Positions 25,731 to 34,869 of a stretch of DNA of 64,000 nt are shown piece by piece (within the stretch, counting starts at the first letter, position 1; the number at the start of each line of letters is the position of its first letter). The position numbers and the translations under genes were made by a program. The notes beneath the pieces were generated by a model. That model did not search any database. It was not told the DNA's origin and saw only the letters and a program-made list of their open reading frames with translations. Where the stretch lies: assembly GCA_963704805.1 (NCBI GenBank), contig CAVPHS010000002.1:260709-324708 (forward strand), written 5' to 3'. Source of the stretch: an uncultured Gemmatimonadales bacterium. GTDB taxonomy: Bacteria > Gemmatimonadota > Gemmatimonadetes > Gemmatimonadales > GWC2-71-9.

Positions 25731-28547
25731 TTAGAAGTCGGCGGCAAAGGCGCCGTACACCTGGGCCGATCCCGTGGCCGGCTGCGCGACGCCCACGCGC
25801 ACCCGGAGCGGCAGATCGTAGCTCACGGTCACATCGCCAACGAGCTCGGCGCCGAAGGAGCGGAGGCGGTGGAGCTGGGCCGGCGCACCAGGATTCCAGG
25901 CGTCGCCGAGATCACCAAACACGGCGAGGGAAAACTTGTCCCCGCCAAACGGCAGGTGACCGAGCGATTTGCCGACGAGAGCGAGGGGCACGCGATACTC
26001 GACCGTGGCCGTTGCCGCGCGACGCCCTGTGACCGCCCCCGGCGCATAGCCGCGCACCGGAAACGAGCGGAACGTGCCGATCGTCTGCGCAAACGCCAGC
26101 TGCGCGGCGCCCGAGGACACACCCCCGACGGAGAGGTGATCGGGTAACGGCCCGTCCATCGCACCGATCGCCAGGCGAGCCGCGACGACAGGATATGCGA
26201 ATCCGATCCGCGGGCCGAATCGCAGATAGAAATTGCCCCGGGCGCGCACCTCGTTTAGCCAGCGGGACGTTCCCTGCTCGCCGCGATAGCGGTACAGAAA
26301 GCTCGCCGACGCGCCGTCCTGCAGCGACATCGCGAGCGGCGCCGACACCGCCGATCCAAAGGAAAGACTCGCCGTGCCGCCAACCAGGTCGTTCGAGCGG
26401 CAACCGGTACAGATGTCGGCAAGCGCGGTGTCGGGCTCGGAGACGTATCTCCTTCCTTCATATTCGGCGGCGACACGCAACGAAACGAAGCTGCGCCAGC
26501 GGTGGGCCAGGAAGGTGGCGCCGATGCCGGCATCGCGCTGCTCCCGGGACACCACGTGGCCGGTGCTGTCGATGCCGATCAGCGTCCAGTGATTCGAGAT
26601 GGAGAAGTCGAGCGTCGGATCGCCCAGCGCATTGCTCAACGCGAACAGCGACCCCTCCGCGCGCAGCGGCGCACCCCCCCCCGATACGAGCGCGGTGGCG
26701 AAATAGGCGTAGCGACCTACCGCGTCACCGCCCGCGGTGCCGGCGCCGACGAAGCGGCCTGCGGCGGCGGCATCGAGCCACAGCGGAATCCAGAAATACG
26801 GACGCAACGACGGCCAGGACGCGTACCCTGTTTCCCGCACCGCGACACGGGGCGCGGAATCGAAGGGCGTCGTGGCCGCCATCGCGTCAGGGGGTCGCGG
26901 TGACGCGAGCGGCGCGACCGCGCGCAGCTCCCAGCCCTGAGGCCCAAGCGTCGTGAAAAGAATCCGTCCGTCGGCGAGTACGGCGGGTGAGCGTGCGCCG
27001 AGCGGCTCCGCGGTGATCCGGCTGATGCCACCTTCTTCGTTCCAAAGGTGGATCTGCGGAAAGCCGCCGGCATCCGTGACGAACAACACGCCACCCAGCC
27101 CCCAAACGGGGTCGGCCACGATGTCGGCTGGCGGGCTGATGGCCGACAGCGATTGTGGCAGCCCTGCGCGCCAGCGCACCAGCTGCCACTGTCCATTCTG
27201 GTGACGAGGAGCGACGACCCAGCGGCCGTCCGGCGACGGTACGACGTCGCCCCACGTCGCACCCGGCAGATCGATGACGGGCGCCGAGAGCAGCGGAGCC
27301 ACCGCGGGGGCAATGCCGCCGTCGCCGAGCTTGAGCGCAACGAGCGCGCCGCCGCCACTGCGCGGCTCGAGCAGGCGCGCGGAGTCGGTCATGCGTGTCC
27401 AGTCTCCGCCCGGCGACCAGCGCCACAGATCACTGCGCACTGTCCAGCGATCGGTGAACTCGAGCTGCGCAACGATCAGGGTGTCGCCCAACCAGTCGTA
27501 ACTGACCTGGCCGTTGACGCGGTGGGAGCGCTGCACTGTCCCGCTCCGCGCGTCGACGACGCGCAGATGGCGTGCGTCACGGCCGTCATCGTAGACATAG
27601 GCGACGCTGCCGCCGTCCGGCGACACGCGCGGCACGGGCTCGGTGCGGAGCTGGCCGGCAATGAGCCGGCTCTGTGTGGCCGACTCGTTCGGGGCGGATG
27701 GGGTGGCGGGGAGCGCTGCCGCTGCGATCGCGCCCTGCCATGTCTCAAACAACGACCGCGGCGCGCCGACACCTTTGAGCGGCCGGCCAACGCGGAACGG
27801 GATCAGCTGGCCGGCCGTCCGCTCCGCGTACCGTGGGACGAGCGAATCGCCCGCAGTTTGCGAGACGTATTCCCAAAACCGGCTGCCGTACGCATAGGGG
27901 GTGATTCCGTCGGCCCAGCGCGTGAAGAGGAGCGCATCGTACGGCGAGCGGGCTTCGCTGGCGAGCGCGTCCGCGCCGACCGCCTGCCGGTGAAAGCTCC
28001 CCTCCGCACGCCCGCCCATTGTGAAGCGAGACTCGTAATAGGTGGCAATTCCTTCGGTCACCCAGCTTGGCTGGTACTGATTGGGAAACAGGCCGGGGAG
28101 CCGGCCGAATACGGTTTGCAGCGCGCTCCAAATTCCGCGCGTTCGATCGAGATGAAAGACGTGCGTCAGCTCGTGCACGATGACGAGTCGCTGCCAGCTG
28201 TCGTAGCTCTGGAGCGCGGGATCGGTGCTGGGCGGGACGAGCAGGATGGTGAAGCGGTTGGAGGGATAGGTCGACGTAAATCCGTTGGCCGCGTCGAAGT
28301 CGTCGGACACCGTCAGGTCCACGATGCCGCGTGGTGGATGGAGCTCGGTCGACAGTAATCGGTACGCGCGTTCGGCTTCCCTCGCGGCTTCGAGCGCTTG
28401 CGCGTGATTGGCGGGGCGGAAGTGGACGCGGAAATGCTCGGTATGTAACGTGCGCCAACTGCCTGACGGATTCACTTGAGCGGCGGCGGGGGTGGCAAGC
28501 AGAAGGGCAAGCAACAACGTGCGTGGTGCGTGGTGCGTGGGCATCAC
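25731..28547 (-). CDS. Outer-membrane fusion protein: HExxH metallopeptidase-like region + PD40/TolB-like propeller repeats + Omp85-type C-terminal beta-barrel
   Basis: 938-aa ORF. The signal peptide is MMPTHHAPRTLLLALLLATPAAAQ. VIVHELTHVFH is present. SPDG-type repeats include VSPDGGSVAYVY and PSPDGRWVV. The C-terminus VRGYAPGAV...EYRVPL...FGDLGDAW...GAFAADF ends in an aromatic residue, as in beta-barrel OMPs. Confidence 0.7.
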   Translation of the reverse strand: MMPTHHAPRTLLLALLLATPAAAQVNPSGSWRTLHTEHFRVHFRPANHAQALEAAREAERAYRLLSTELHPPRGIVDLTVSDDFDAANGFTSTYPSNRFTILLVPPSTDPALQSYDSWQRLVIVHELTHVFHLDRTRGIWSALQTVFGRLPGLFPNQYQPSWVTEGIATYYESRFTMGGRAEGSFHRQAVGADALASEARSPYDALLFTRWADGITPYAYGSRFWEYVSQTAGDSLVPRYAERTAGQLIPFRVGRPLKGVGAPRSLFETWQGAIAAAALPATPSAPNESATQSRLIAGQLRTEPVPRVSPDGGSVAYVYDDGRDARHLRVVDARSGTVQRSHRVNGQVSYDWLGDTLIVAQLEFTDRWTVRSDLWRWSPGGDWTRMTDSARLLEPRSGGGALVALKLGDGGIAPAVAPLLSAPVIDLPGATWGDVVPSPDGRWVVAPRHQNGQWQLVRWRAGLPQSLSAISPPADIVADPVWGLGGVLFVTDAGGFPQIHLWNEEGGISRITAEPLGARSPAVLADGRILFTTLGPQGWELRAVAPLASPRPPDAMAATTPFDSAPRVAVRETGYASWPSLRPYFWIPLWLDAAAAGRFVGAGTAGGDAVGRYAYFATALVSGGGAPLRAEGSLFALSNALGDPTLDFSISNHWTLIGIDSTGHVVSREQRDAGIGATFLAHRWRSFVSLRVAAEYEGRRYVSEPDTALADICTGCRSNDLVGGTASLSFGSAVSAPLAMSLQDGASASFLYRYRGEQGTSRWLNEVRARGNFYLRFGPRIGFAYPVVAARLAIGAMDGPLPDHLSVGGVSSGAAQLAFAQTIGTFRSFPVRGYAPGAVTGRRAATATVEYRVPLALVGKSLGHLPFGGDKFSLAVFGDLGDAWNPGAPAQLHRLRSFGAELVGDVTVSYDLPLRVRVGVAQPATGSAQVYGAFAADF

Positions 28548-30409
28548 CGCGCCATCTCTCGCAGAAAATCTTCGATCCCTTTCGCGACGCCACGCGCATA
28601 CCGCAGCCGGCCTTCAGGACTCGCGAGCAGCGCTTCCTGCTCCGGGACCATCATGAACAAGCCTTCGGTCAGCGCCGAAGGCATCCACGGGTCCCGCACC
28701 AGCGCGTAGTCCCCGCGCCCCATGCCGAGGTCGCGCGCGCCGAGCTCGGTCACGAGCGCGCGGTCGAGCGCGCGCGCCAGCGCGGCGCTGCGTGGGTGGA
28801 AGTAGTAGACACTGGTGCCGTTGTTGACGAATGGGTTCACGCCATCCGGGAGCGCGTTGGCGTGAATCGAGACCAGTACGTCGGCATCGTGTCGCTCGGC
28901 GAACTGTGTCCTCGGAAAGAGGTCGATCGGTGTGGAGTCGGTGCGCGTGAGCAGCACGGTGGCGCCGCGCTGCTCGAGCAGCGTTTTCGCCTGCTGCGCG
29001 ACAGCCAGCGTCGCGACGGGCTCCCACAATCCCGACGGTCCTTTGGCACCGAGGGGCGGGTGGCCGGGGTCGAGGACAATGGTACGGCCGGCCAGCGGCC
29101 GGCGGGAATCGATCACCGGCGGCCGGCGAATTTCGAGCACGAGATCGCGAGCGCTCCAGCGCGCGCGGTAGCCCCAGACATGCCCGGACAGCGTGAGCGT
29201 GATCGTCACCTCGTCGCTCGTCGGCTGGGCATAGCTCATCCGCGTCACGTAGGGATCGGTGCCGCCGTGTTGCATCCAGTTGATGTCCGACGCGACGCCG
29301 TACAATCGCAGCGTCAGGCTGCGCTCTTCTTCTTCGACCTTGAACGGCACGCGCGCCGGCAGGGACACGTGAAGTACGAGCGAGCGCGTGCCCGCGACGA
29401 GCCGCACGGAGCCCACGTTGCCGCCAGGCGGCGGCGTCCCTGCCGCGAGCGGCACGACGTCGCTCGAGTTCACCCACGCCACCGCGCCACGCGACAGCTG
29501 CAGCCGCGTTTGGCTGCTCCAACGGCCGCTGGCGACCGCCGTGGTGCCAAGGGGGAAGAACCAGTTGTAGGTGCCGTACGGAACGGCCTTACCGACGGTC
29601 AAGCTGTCGGACTTCCCGGTGTGCGCGGTGTCATCGTTCAGGACCACGACCGCCGGATGACTGCGATCGATGGTGTCGACCACGAGAGGCCAGACGGCGC
29701 GCGCGGTGTCCGTTCCTACGATCGCTTCCACGATCGCGTCGCACAGCGGTTGCGCCGGAAGCCAGGCGACGTAGCGGTCGGCGGCCGGTGGAAGCCGATA
29801 GGCCGTGGTATCCGTGCCGAACGCGCGGACCCCCCACGCCGGCTCTTCGGGCAACGTATCCGGCACGAGCCACACGGCATCCTTCTGCCCCTCCATGCGC
29901 AGGCGGACGCGCGCGCCGGGTGTGGCGCGAACCGACAGCCGAATCCCCTCTCCCGCCGGGAAGGCCAATGAATCGGTCGGCGTGAAGCTCGTCGTGTCGA
30001 TCCAGGCGGCGGCGCCTGGCAGTGGACGAAACAGCTGCGCGACCGGTGCGACGAACGTCGTCTCGCGTTGCTCTGCTCCCGTGCCGGCGCGTGCGACGAT
30101 GCGAAACCGCGCCATGCTCAATAAGTCCGGCTGCAGCGGCACCCACGCCAGCCAGCTGCCACTCGCGTGCACCGTCACCGGACGGTCATTGACCGTGAGC
30201 GCGACATCGCCGCGCCCCCGTCCTACGCTGCCGAAAATGAAGGATGAGTCCTGGGCCTGAATCGCCTCGGCCGTGTCGGGATAGACGACGGTGATGTGAA
30301 GGGAGTCACGAACGGATGATGGAGATGGGGGACTGGAGACGGGGGACGGGGCTCGCGCTGCGCAGCCCAATGTTGCCGCGACAAAAAGCGCGGCACAAAC
30401 GAGTCGCAT
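28544..30409 (-). CDS. N-acetylmuramoyl-L-alanine amidase (Amidase_3) lipoprotein with a large N-terminal domain
   Basis: The ORF track extends to 30856. ATG at 30409 gives the lipoprotein signal MRLVCAALFVAATLGCA. The C-terminal domain reads IVLDPGHPPLGAKGP...LVSIHANA...GTSVYYF...ALTEGLFM. Confidence 0.85.
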   Translation of the reverse strand: MRLVCAALFVAATLGCAARAPSPVSSPPSPSSVRDSLHITVVYPDTAEAIQAQDSSFIFGSVGRGRGDVALTVNDRPVTVHASGSWLAWVPLQPDLLSMARFRIVARAGTGAEQRETTFVAPVAQLFRPLPGAAAWIDTTSFTPTDSLAFPAGEGIRLSVRATPGARVRLRMEGQKDAVWLVPDTLPEEPAWGVRAFGTDTTAYRLPPAADRYVAWLPAQPLCDAIVEAIVGTDTARAVWPLVVDTIDRSHPAVVVLNDDTAHTGKSDSLTVGKAVPYGTYNWFFPLGTTAVASGRWSSQTRLQLSRGAVAWVNSSDVVPLAAGTPPPGGNVGSVRLVAGTRSLVLHVSLPARVPFKVEEEERSLTLRLYGVASDINWMQHGGTDPYVTRMSYAQPTSDEVTITLTLSGHVWGYRARWSARDLVLEIRRPPVIDSRRPLAGRTIVLDPGHPPLGAKGPSGLWEPVATLAVAQQAKTLLEQRGATVLLTRTDSTPIDLFPRTQFAERHDADVLVSIHANALPDGVNPFVNNGTSVYYFHPRSAALARALDRALVTELGARDLGMGRGDYALVRDPWMPSALTEGLFMMVPEQEALLASPEGRLRYARGVAKGIEDFLREMAR

Positions 30410-30454
30410 GTGGCGCAAGCTAGCGGTCGACAATAGATTGGGCCACCTGACTTT

Positions 30455-31417
30455 ATGAGCTCCTCTCTGAACGCGTGTCAATATTGCGGCCGGAAAAACG
30501 AGGCCAGCGCGCAATTCTGCTCCGACTGCGGCAAGCCGCTCACCAAGGCCGCCGCGATGCGGGCCGCTGTCGCGGCGGGAGGTGGTGGCGGGGGCGGCAT
30601 GGTGCGCACCAGCGACCCGCCGGGCGCCGCGGGGACGGCGGACGCGGCGTGCCCCGTCTGCGGTCATGTCCCCCTTTCCGCTCCCCCCGGCGCGGTCCAG
30701 GCTGGTCGTGACAGCCACGACAGACGGTCGAGTTCCGATAGACGCGCCAATTACTCCCTCACATTGATTCTGGTTTCCGAAATGGCCGCCGAACTGGGGC
30801 GGTTCGAGCGCAAGCAGGCGACCACGACCATTGGCAGAACCGACGGCGATCTTCAATTTCCCGACGATTCATTTCTCTCGCCGCTGCACGCCAAGATCTC
30901 GTGGGAAGAGGGGCGCCTCGAAGTCCGCGATCTGGGAAGCCGCAACGGCACCTGGGTTTTTCTGGACGCGCCGTATCGACTGACCGACGGCGACCTCATT
31001 CTCATCGGATCGCAGGTGCTGCGGTTTCGGCGGCTGGGCTACCCCGGCCCCCACGCGACCGAAGCCGACTCCACCAAGCGCATGGGCAGCATGGTGCCCA
31101 GCGCCGACATCGCCAGTCTCACGCAGCTCCGCGCCGACGGCAGCTCGCGTGACGTCATTCAGCTCTCGCCGGGGCGCGATGTCCATATCGGCCGCGAGCG
31201 CGGTGACTGGATTTTTCCCTACGATCCGTCGATGAGCGCGCAGCATGCGACCGTGCGGTCCGAAGACGCGGACTTCGTGCTGGTGGATGACCACAGCCGC
31301 AATGGCGTCGCGATCGCGGCGCGCGGCGCGATGCCGCTGCAGCATGGCTCGCGCATCATGGTCGGCGACAAACTGCTCCGCCTCGAGCTTCCCGGAGGTG
31401 GAGGCGGGGCACCCTGA
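30455..31417 (+). CDS. Zinc-ribbon protein with two FHA domains
   Basis: 320-aa ORF. The zinc ribbon is CQYCGRKNEASAQFCSDCG. FHA1 reads TTIGRTDGDLQFPDDSFLSPLHAKI...RDLGSRNGTWV. FHA2 reads VHIGRERGDWIFPYDPSMSAQHATV...DDHSRNGV. Confidence 0.85.
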   Translation: MSSSLNACQYCGRKNEASAQFCSDCGKPLTKAAAMRAAVAAGGGGGGGMVRTSDPPGAAGTADAACPVCGHVPLSAPPGAVQAGRDSHDRRSSSDRRANYSLTLILVSEMAAELGRFERKQATTTIGRTDGDLQFPDDSFLSPLHAKISWEEGRLEVRDLGSRNGTWVFLDAPYRLTDGDLILIGSQVLRFRRLGYPGPHATEADSTKRMGSMVPSADIASLTQLRADGSSRDVIQLSPGRDVHIGRERGDWIFPYDPSMSAQHATVRSEDADFVLVDDHSRNGVAIAARGAMPLQHGSRIMVGDKLLRLELPGGGGGAP

Positions 31418-32457
31418 TGGCCATGTTCGGACGCTCGCCCAAGATCCGCGTCGAGGTCTTCGCGAAGACCGATCTGGGCCGTACGCGCGACCATAACGAG
31501 GACCGCTACCTCGTCGCCGATCTCACGCGTAAGTCCTCCTCGCTGCAGCCCGACGTGCGCCAGCACGACGTCGGCCCGCGCGGCACGCTGCTCGTCGTCG
31601 CCGACGGTATGGGAGGCGCGGCGGCCGGGGAGCTGGCGAGCCAGATGGCGACCGATACGATCTACGCGCATCTCGAAAAAACATGGAACGCGGAAGACGA
31701 GGCGACGCCGCAGCGCTTTGCCTACCGGCTCAAGGAAGCGGTCGAGGTCGCCAACGCGAGCATTCACGCGCACGCCAAAGCACACCCCGAAGTCCGCGGC
31801 ATGGGCACGACGACGACCGCTGCCGGGGTGCTGAACGATCACCTCTATCTGACGCAGGTCGGCGACAGTCGCGCGTACCTGATTCGCGGCGGCGAGGCAC
31901 ACCAGATCACCAAGGATCAGTCGCTCATGCAGCGGCTCGTCGAAGCAGGCGAGCTGACGGAAGAGGAGGCCGCGCACAGCGAACGTCGCAACATCATCCT
32001 CCAGGCGCTCGGCCCCGATGCCAAGGTGAAGGTGGATCTCACGCACCAGGAGCTACGCCGCGGCGATATCCTCGTGCTCTGCTCCGACGGGCTGTCGGGA
32101 CAAGTAAAGAAGGAGGAGATCGCGAAGATCGTCGCCTCCGCGCCTGACCTCGCGGCCGCCTGCGACCAGCTCGTGGCGCTCGCCAATGCGCGCGGCGGTC
32201 CCGACAACATCACGGTCGTCGTGGCGCGGTTCGACGGGGACGGCCTGCGCTACTCCGGCAGCGGGCCGAGCGAGGATGTGGGCCATCAGATTTACCCGCT
32301 GATCGATACCGAGACGAGCACCGAGCCCGTCCCTATATATAAAGGAAGCCGCCCGCCCGTCCCGAACAAGGAGAACCGCAGCCGCACGCGCACGCTCGTG
32401 CTCGTCGCCGTCGCGGTCCTCGCCGCTCTCGCCTGGTACCTCACGCGACAGCAGTGA
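31417..32457 (+). CDS. PP2C-family Ser/Thr phosphatase with a C-terminal TM anchor
   Basis: 346-aa ORF with TDLGRTRDHNEDR, VADGMGG, GTTTTAA and DNITVVV motifs. The C-terminal helix is TLVLVAVAVLAALAWYL. Its ATG overlaps the upstream stop (ATGA-type junction). Confidence 0.9.
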   Translation: MAMFGRSPKIRVEVFAKTDLGRTRDHNEDRYLVADLTRKSSSLQPDVRQHDVGPRGTLLVVADGMGGAAAGELASQMATDTIYAHLEKTWNAEDEATPQRFAYRLKEAVEVANASIHAHAKAHPEVRGMGTTTTAAGVLNDHLYLTQVGDSRAYLIRGGEAHQITKDQSLMQRLVEAGELTEEEAAHSERRNIILQALGPDAKVKVDLTHQELRRGDILVLCSDGLSGQVKKEEIAKIVASAPDLAAACDQLVALANARGGPDNITVVVARFDGDGLRYSGSGPSEDVGHQIYPLIDTETSTEPVPIYKGSRPPVPNKENRSRTRTLVLVAVAVLAALAWYLTRQQ

Positions 32458-33782
32458 AAGCCCAGTTCACGTTTCTCTCTGGGGCCCGCGCGGGACAGAT
32501 CGAAGCCTTCCGCAAGGGTTACATCGGCCTCGGTCGCCATCCCCTGTCGGACGTGCGCTTCGACGCCGAGCGCGATCTCGATGTCTCATCACGTCACGCG
32601 GCGATCGTTCGCAGAGCCGATGGCTTCGTGCTCCAGGATCTCGGCAGTCGCAACGGGACCTTCGTGAATGGCCGGCAGATCAGCGCCGAAACCGAGCTGC
32701 ACAGCGGTGACGTGATTGGGTTCGGCGCCGGCGGCCCGGCCCTCGAGTTCCAGATCATCGATGTCGAGGGCGATGCTCCAGTGACGGGCGTGGCGCAGCC
32801 ACGCGAGCTCGTCCGCGCGGCGCCGCGGCATAGCACCGGAATGCGCATCGCCGCCGAGGTCGCGCGGCAAACCGCACAGCTGCGCCGCACGACCAAGATT
32901 CTGATCGTGGTCCTGCTTATCGCCGCCACTGGCTTCACGTGGGTGCAGTGGGATGGCCGGCGTCGCGCGCGCGAGGCCGACACCCTCTATCGCACCGAGC
33001 TGCAGGGTGTGCGTGACGCGCTGCGAGGCTCACTGGAGGAGACCGGGCGCCTGCGGCGCGAGCTCGAGGCTGCGACGGGCAATGCCGCATCGGTATCGCA
33101 GCTGCGCGCCCAGTTGGACTCCGCCGAGCGCCGCCAGCGCGCGATCGCGACGGTCGATTTCCGCGCGATCTCGCACAAGAATCAGGACGCCGTCGCCATC
33201 GTCCTGGTGGAGTTCAGCAACGGTGAGCGATTCAGCGGCACGGCGTTCAGCGTGGACTCGCTGGGGACGATGGTCACCAACAAGCACGTCCTCATCGGGG
33301 ACGACGGCACCAAGAGTCCCAGACGGATCGGCGTCATCTTCTCGGGCAGCACCCAGTTCTGGCGCGGGCAGATGCTTGGCGTTGCACCGGATGCCGACAT
33401 CGGCGTGTTCCGGGTCTTGATCAAGGGCGTCACACCCCAGGTCGTGGCTCTCGCGCGCGATCGCGGGGGGCTCGAGCGGGGCGATCCCGTCGCGATCCTC
33501 GGCTATCCACTCGGGTTCGACCTGCCGATGGACGCCCAGGGCGGCCAACCAATCGCCGACCCGACGCTGACGGTGGGGGCCGTGAGCAAGGCGTTGTCAT
33601 CGGTCGTGCAAGTGGACGCCTACGGTGCGCCAGGATCGTCGGGCAGCCCCATCTTCGATCGTGAGGGACGGGTGATTGCTGTACTTTATGGTGGTGAGCG
33701 AGAATCAAACGGGAAGATCATTTTCGGGGTGCCTGCGTATCTTGCTGCGGATTACTTGAAGAGCCTCAACCTCCCCCACTAG
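32454..33782 (+). CDS. FHA domain - TM helix - trypsin-like (S1) serine protease fusion
   Basis: 442-aa ORF. The FHA domain reads IGLGRHPLSDVRFDAERDLDVSSRHAAI...QDLGSRNGTFVNG. The TM helix is ILIVVLLIAATGFTWV. The protease part has GTAFSV...VTNKHV (His) and GAPGSSGSPIF (Ser). Confidence 0.85.
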   Translation: MKAQFTFLSGARAGQIEAFRKGYIGLGRHPLSDVRFDAERDLDVSSRHAAIVRRADGFVLQDLGSRNGTFVNGRQISAETELHSGDVIGFGAGGPALEFQIIDVEGDAPVTGVAQPRELVRAAPRHSTGMRIAAEVARQTAQLRRTTKILIVVLLIAATGFTWVQWDGRRRAREADTLYRTELQGVRDALRGSLEETGRLRRELEAATGNAASVSQLRAQLDSAERRQRAIATVDFRAISHKNQDAVAIVLVEFSNGERFSGTAFSVDSLGTMVTNKHVLIGDDGTKSPRRIGVIFSGSTQFWRGQMLGVAPDADIGVFRVLIKGVTPQVVALARDRGGLERGDPVAILGYPLGFDLPMDAQGGQPIADPTLTVGAVSKALSSVVQVDAYGAPGSSGSPIFDREGRVIAVLYGGERESNGKIIFGVPAYLAADYLKSLNLPH

Positions 33783-33783
33783 C

Positions 33784-34869
33784 TCATTCGTGACGGGGAT
33801 CCCACACGGCCACCCCGACCCGCGAATCCGCCGTTCCATAATAGAGGAACCACCGGCCTTTGAACGGCACGAGTGCCTCCACAAACGTCGTGCCCGCCGC
33901 GTACTGCCCTGTGCGCTCGTAGGGCTCCGTGGGTTTGATGAATGCCGTATCGGACCGCGCCAGGAGTTTGAGTGGGTTGGCGGGATCGAACAACGCCTGC
34001 CCCGCGCTGTAGGCGCGGGTCGCGCTGTCTCCCGCGTTGTAGAGCACAACGATCCCCGCCGGTGTGATCAGCGCCGGGGGGCCCGCCTCGACGAGCCACG
34101 AATCGAAGCCACGGGCGCGTGGCGCGAGCGCCGCAATCGCGTTTCCCGCTGAGTCCTCCACCGGCGTCCAGTCGAGCAGGTTGTCGGACGTCGCGAGCCG
34201 GATCGTCGGAACACCCCAATACATCCAGAACTTTCCGTTGACACGCGTCGCAATGATCCGCTCGCCCTCGACGCGACTGAGAATCGCGCCCGACTTCGAT
34301 TCACTGCGCAAATACGTGCCACTCGAGGCATGCGCGAATGCCGGCCCGTGTTTCGTCCAGGTGATCAGGTCTCGCGATGTGGCCACGGCGAGTCGCGGGA
34401 CGTCCCGGTTCCATTGTGTGTACGTGAGGATGTAGGTGCCGTCTTCCGATTCGACGATACGGGGATCCTCCACGCCGCCGGGCCATTCGTTCTGGCGTTG
34501 CGCGTCCGTGTCAGGATAGAGCACCGGTGTGGCGCGCCGCGTGAAATGCAAGCCATCGCTGCTCTCCGCCAGGCCGATGCGCGACGTATGGCCGCCGATC
34601 TGCTGCGCCCCACTCGCATCTTCGGCGCGATAGAGCAGCATGACCTTCCCCTCGCGCAAGAGCGCCGCGGGATTGAAGGTCGCGTACGCCTCCCACGCCA
34701 CGAGGCTGTCGTTCATCGGTGAGTGAAATCGCGCGGCCGGGTTAGGGGTGACGACCGGATTGACCTGGGCGGGCTTGGTAAACGGGCCAAGCATCCAGAA
34801 GTCGTGCCTCGGGCGTCCAACACAGGCTAGAGCCAGCAGCAGCAGCGCGAGACGTTTGGTCGCCTTCAC
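33784..34869 (-). CDS. GH130-family glycoside phosphorylase/hydrolase (secreted)
   Basis: 361-aa ORF with a signal peptide. Motifs include YATFNPAALL, SRIGLAESSDGLHF and WPGGVEDPRIV. Confidence 0.78.
   Translation of the reverse strand: MKATKRLALLLLALACVGRPRHDFWMLGPFTKPAQVNPVVTPNPAARFHSPMNDSLVAWEAYATFNPAALLREGKVMLLYRAEDASGAQQIGGHTSRIGLAESSDGLHFTRRATPVLYPDTDAQRQNEWPGGVEDPRIVESEDGTYILTYTQWNRDVPRLAVATSRDLITWTKHGPAFAHASSGTYLRSESKSGAILSRVEGERIIATRVNGKFWMYWGVPTIRLATSDNLLDWTPVEDSAGNAIAALAPRARGFDSWLVEAGPPALITPAGIVVLYNAGDSATRAYSAGQALFDPANPLKLLARSDTAFIKPTEPYERTGQYAAGTTFVEALVPFKGRWFLYYGTADSRVGVAVWDPRHE

Noticed and set aside
30650-30760. An incomplete second zinc ribbon (CPVCGH without a partner CxxC) in the 2xFHA protein, considered as a frameshift signal.
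   Set aside because: Neither alternative frame supplies a CxxC, and the main frame runs smoothly into the FHA1 N-terminal strand (YSLTLILVSE...TTIGR).
32325-32345. An AT-rich TATATATAAA string inside the PP2C gene.
   Set aside because: It is in frame and encodes PIYKG in the linker before the TM anchor. It has no promoter context and is likely incidental.
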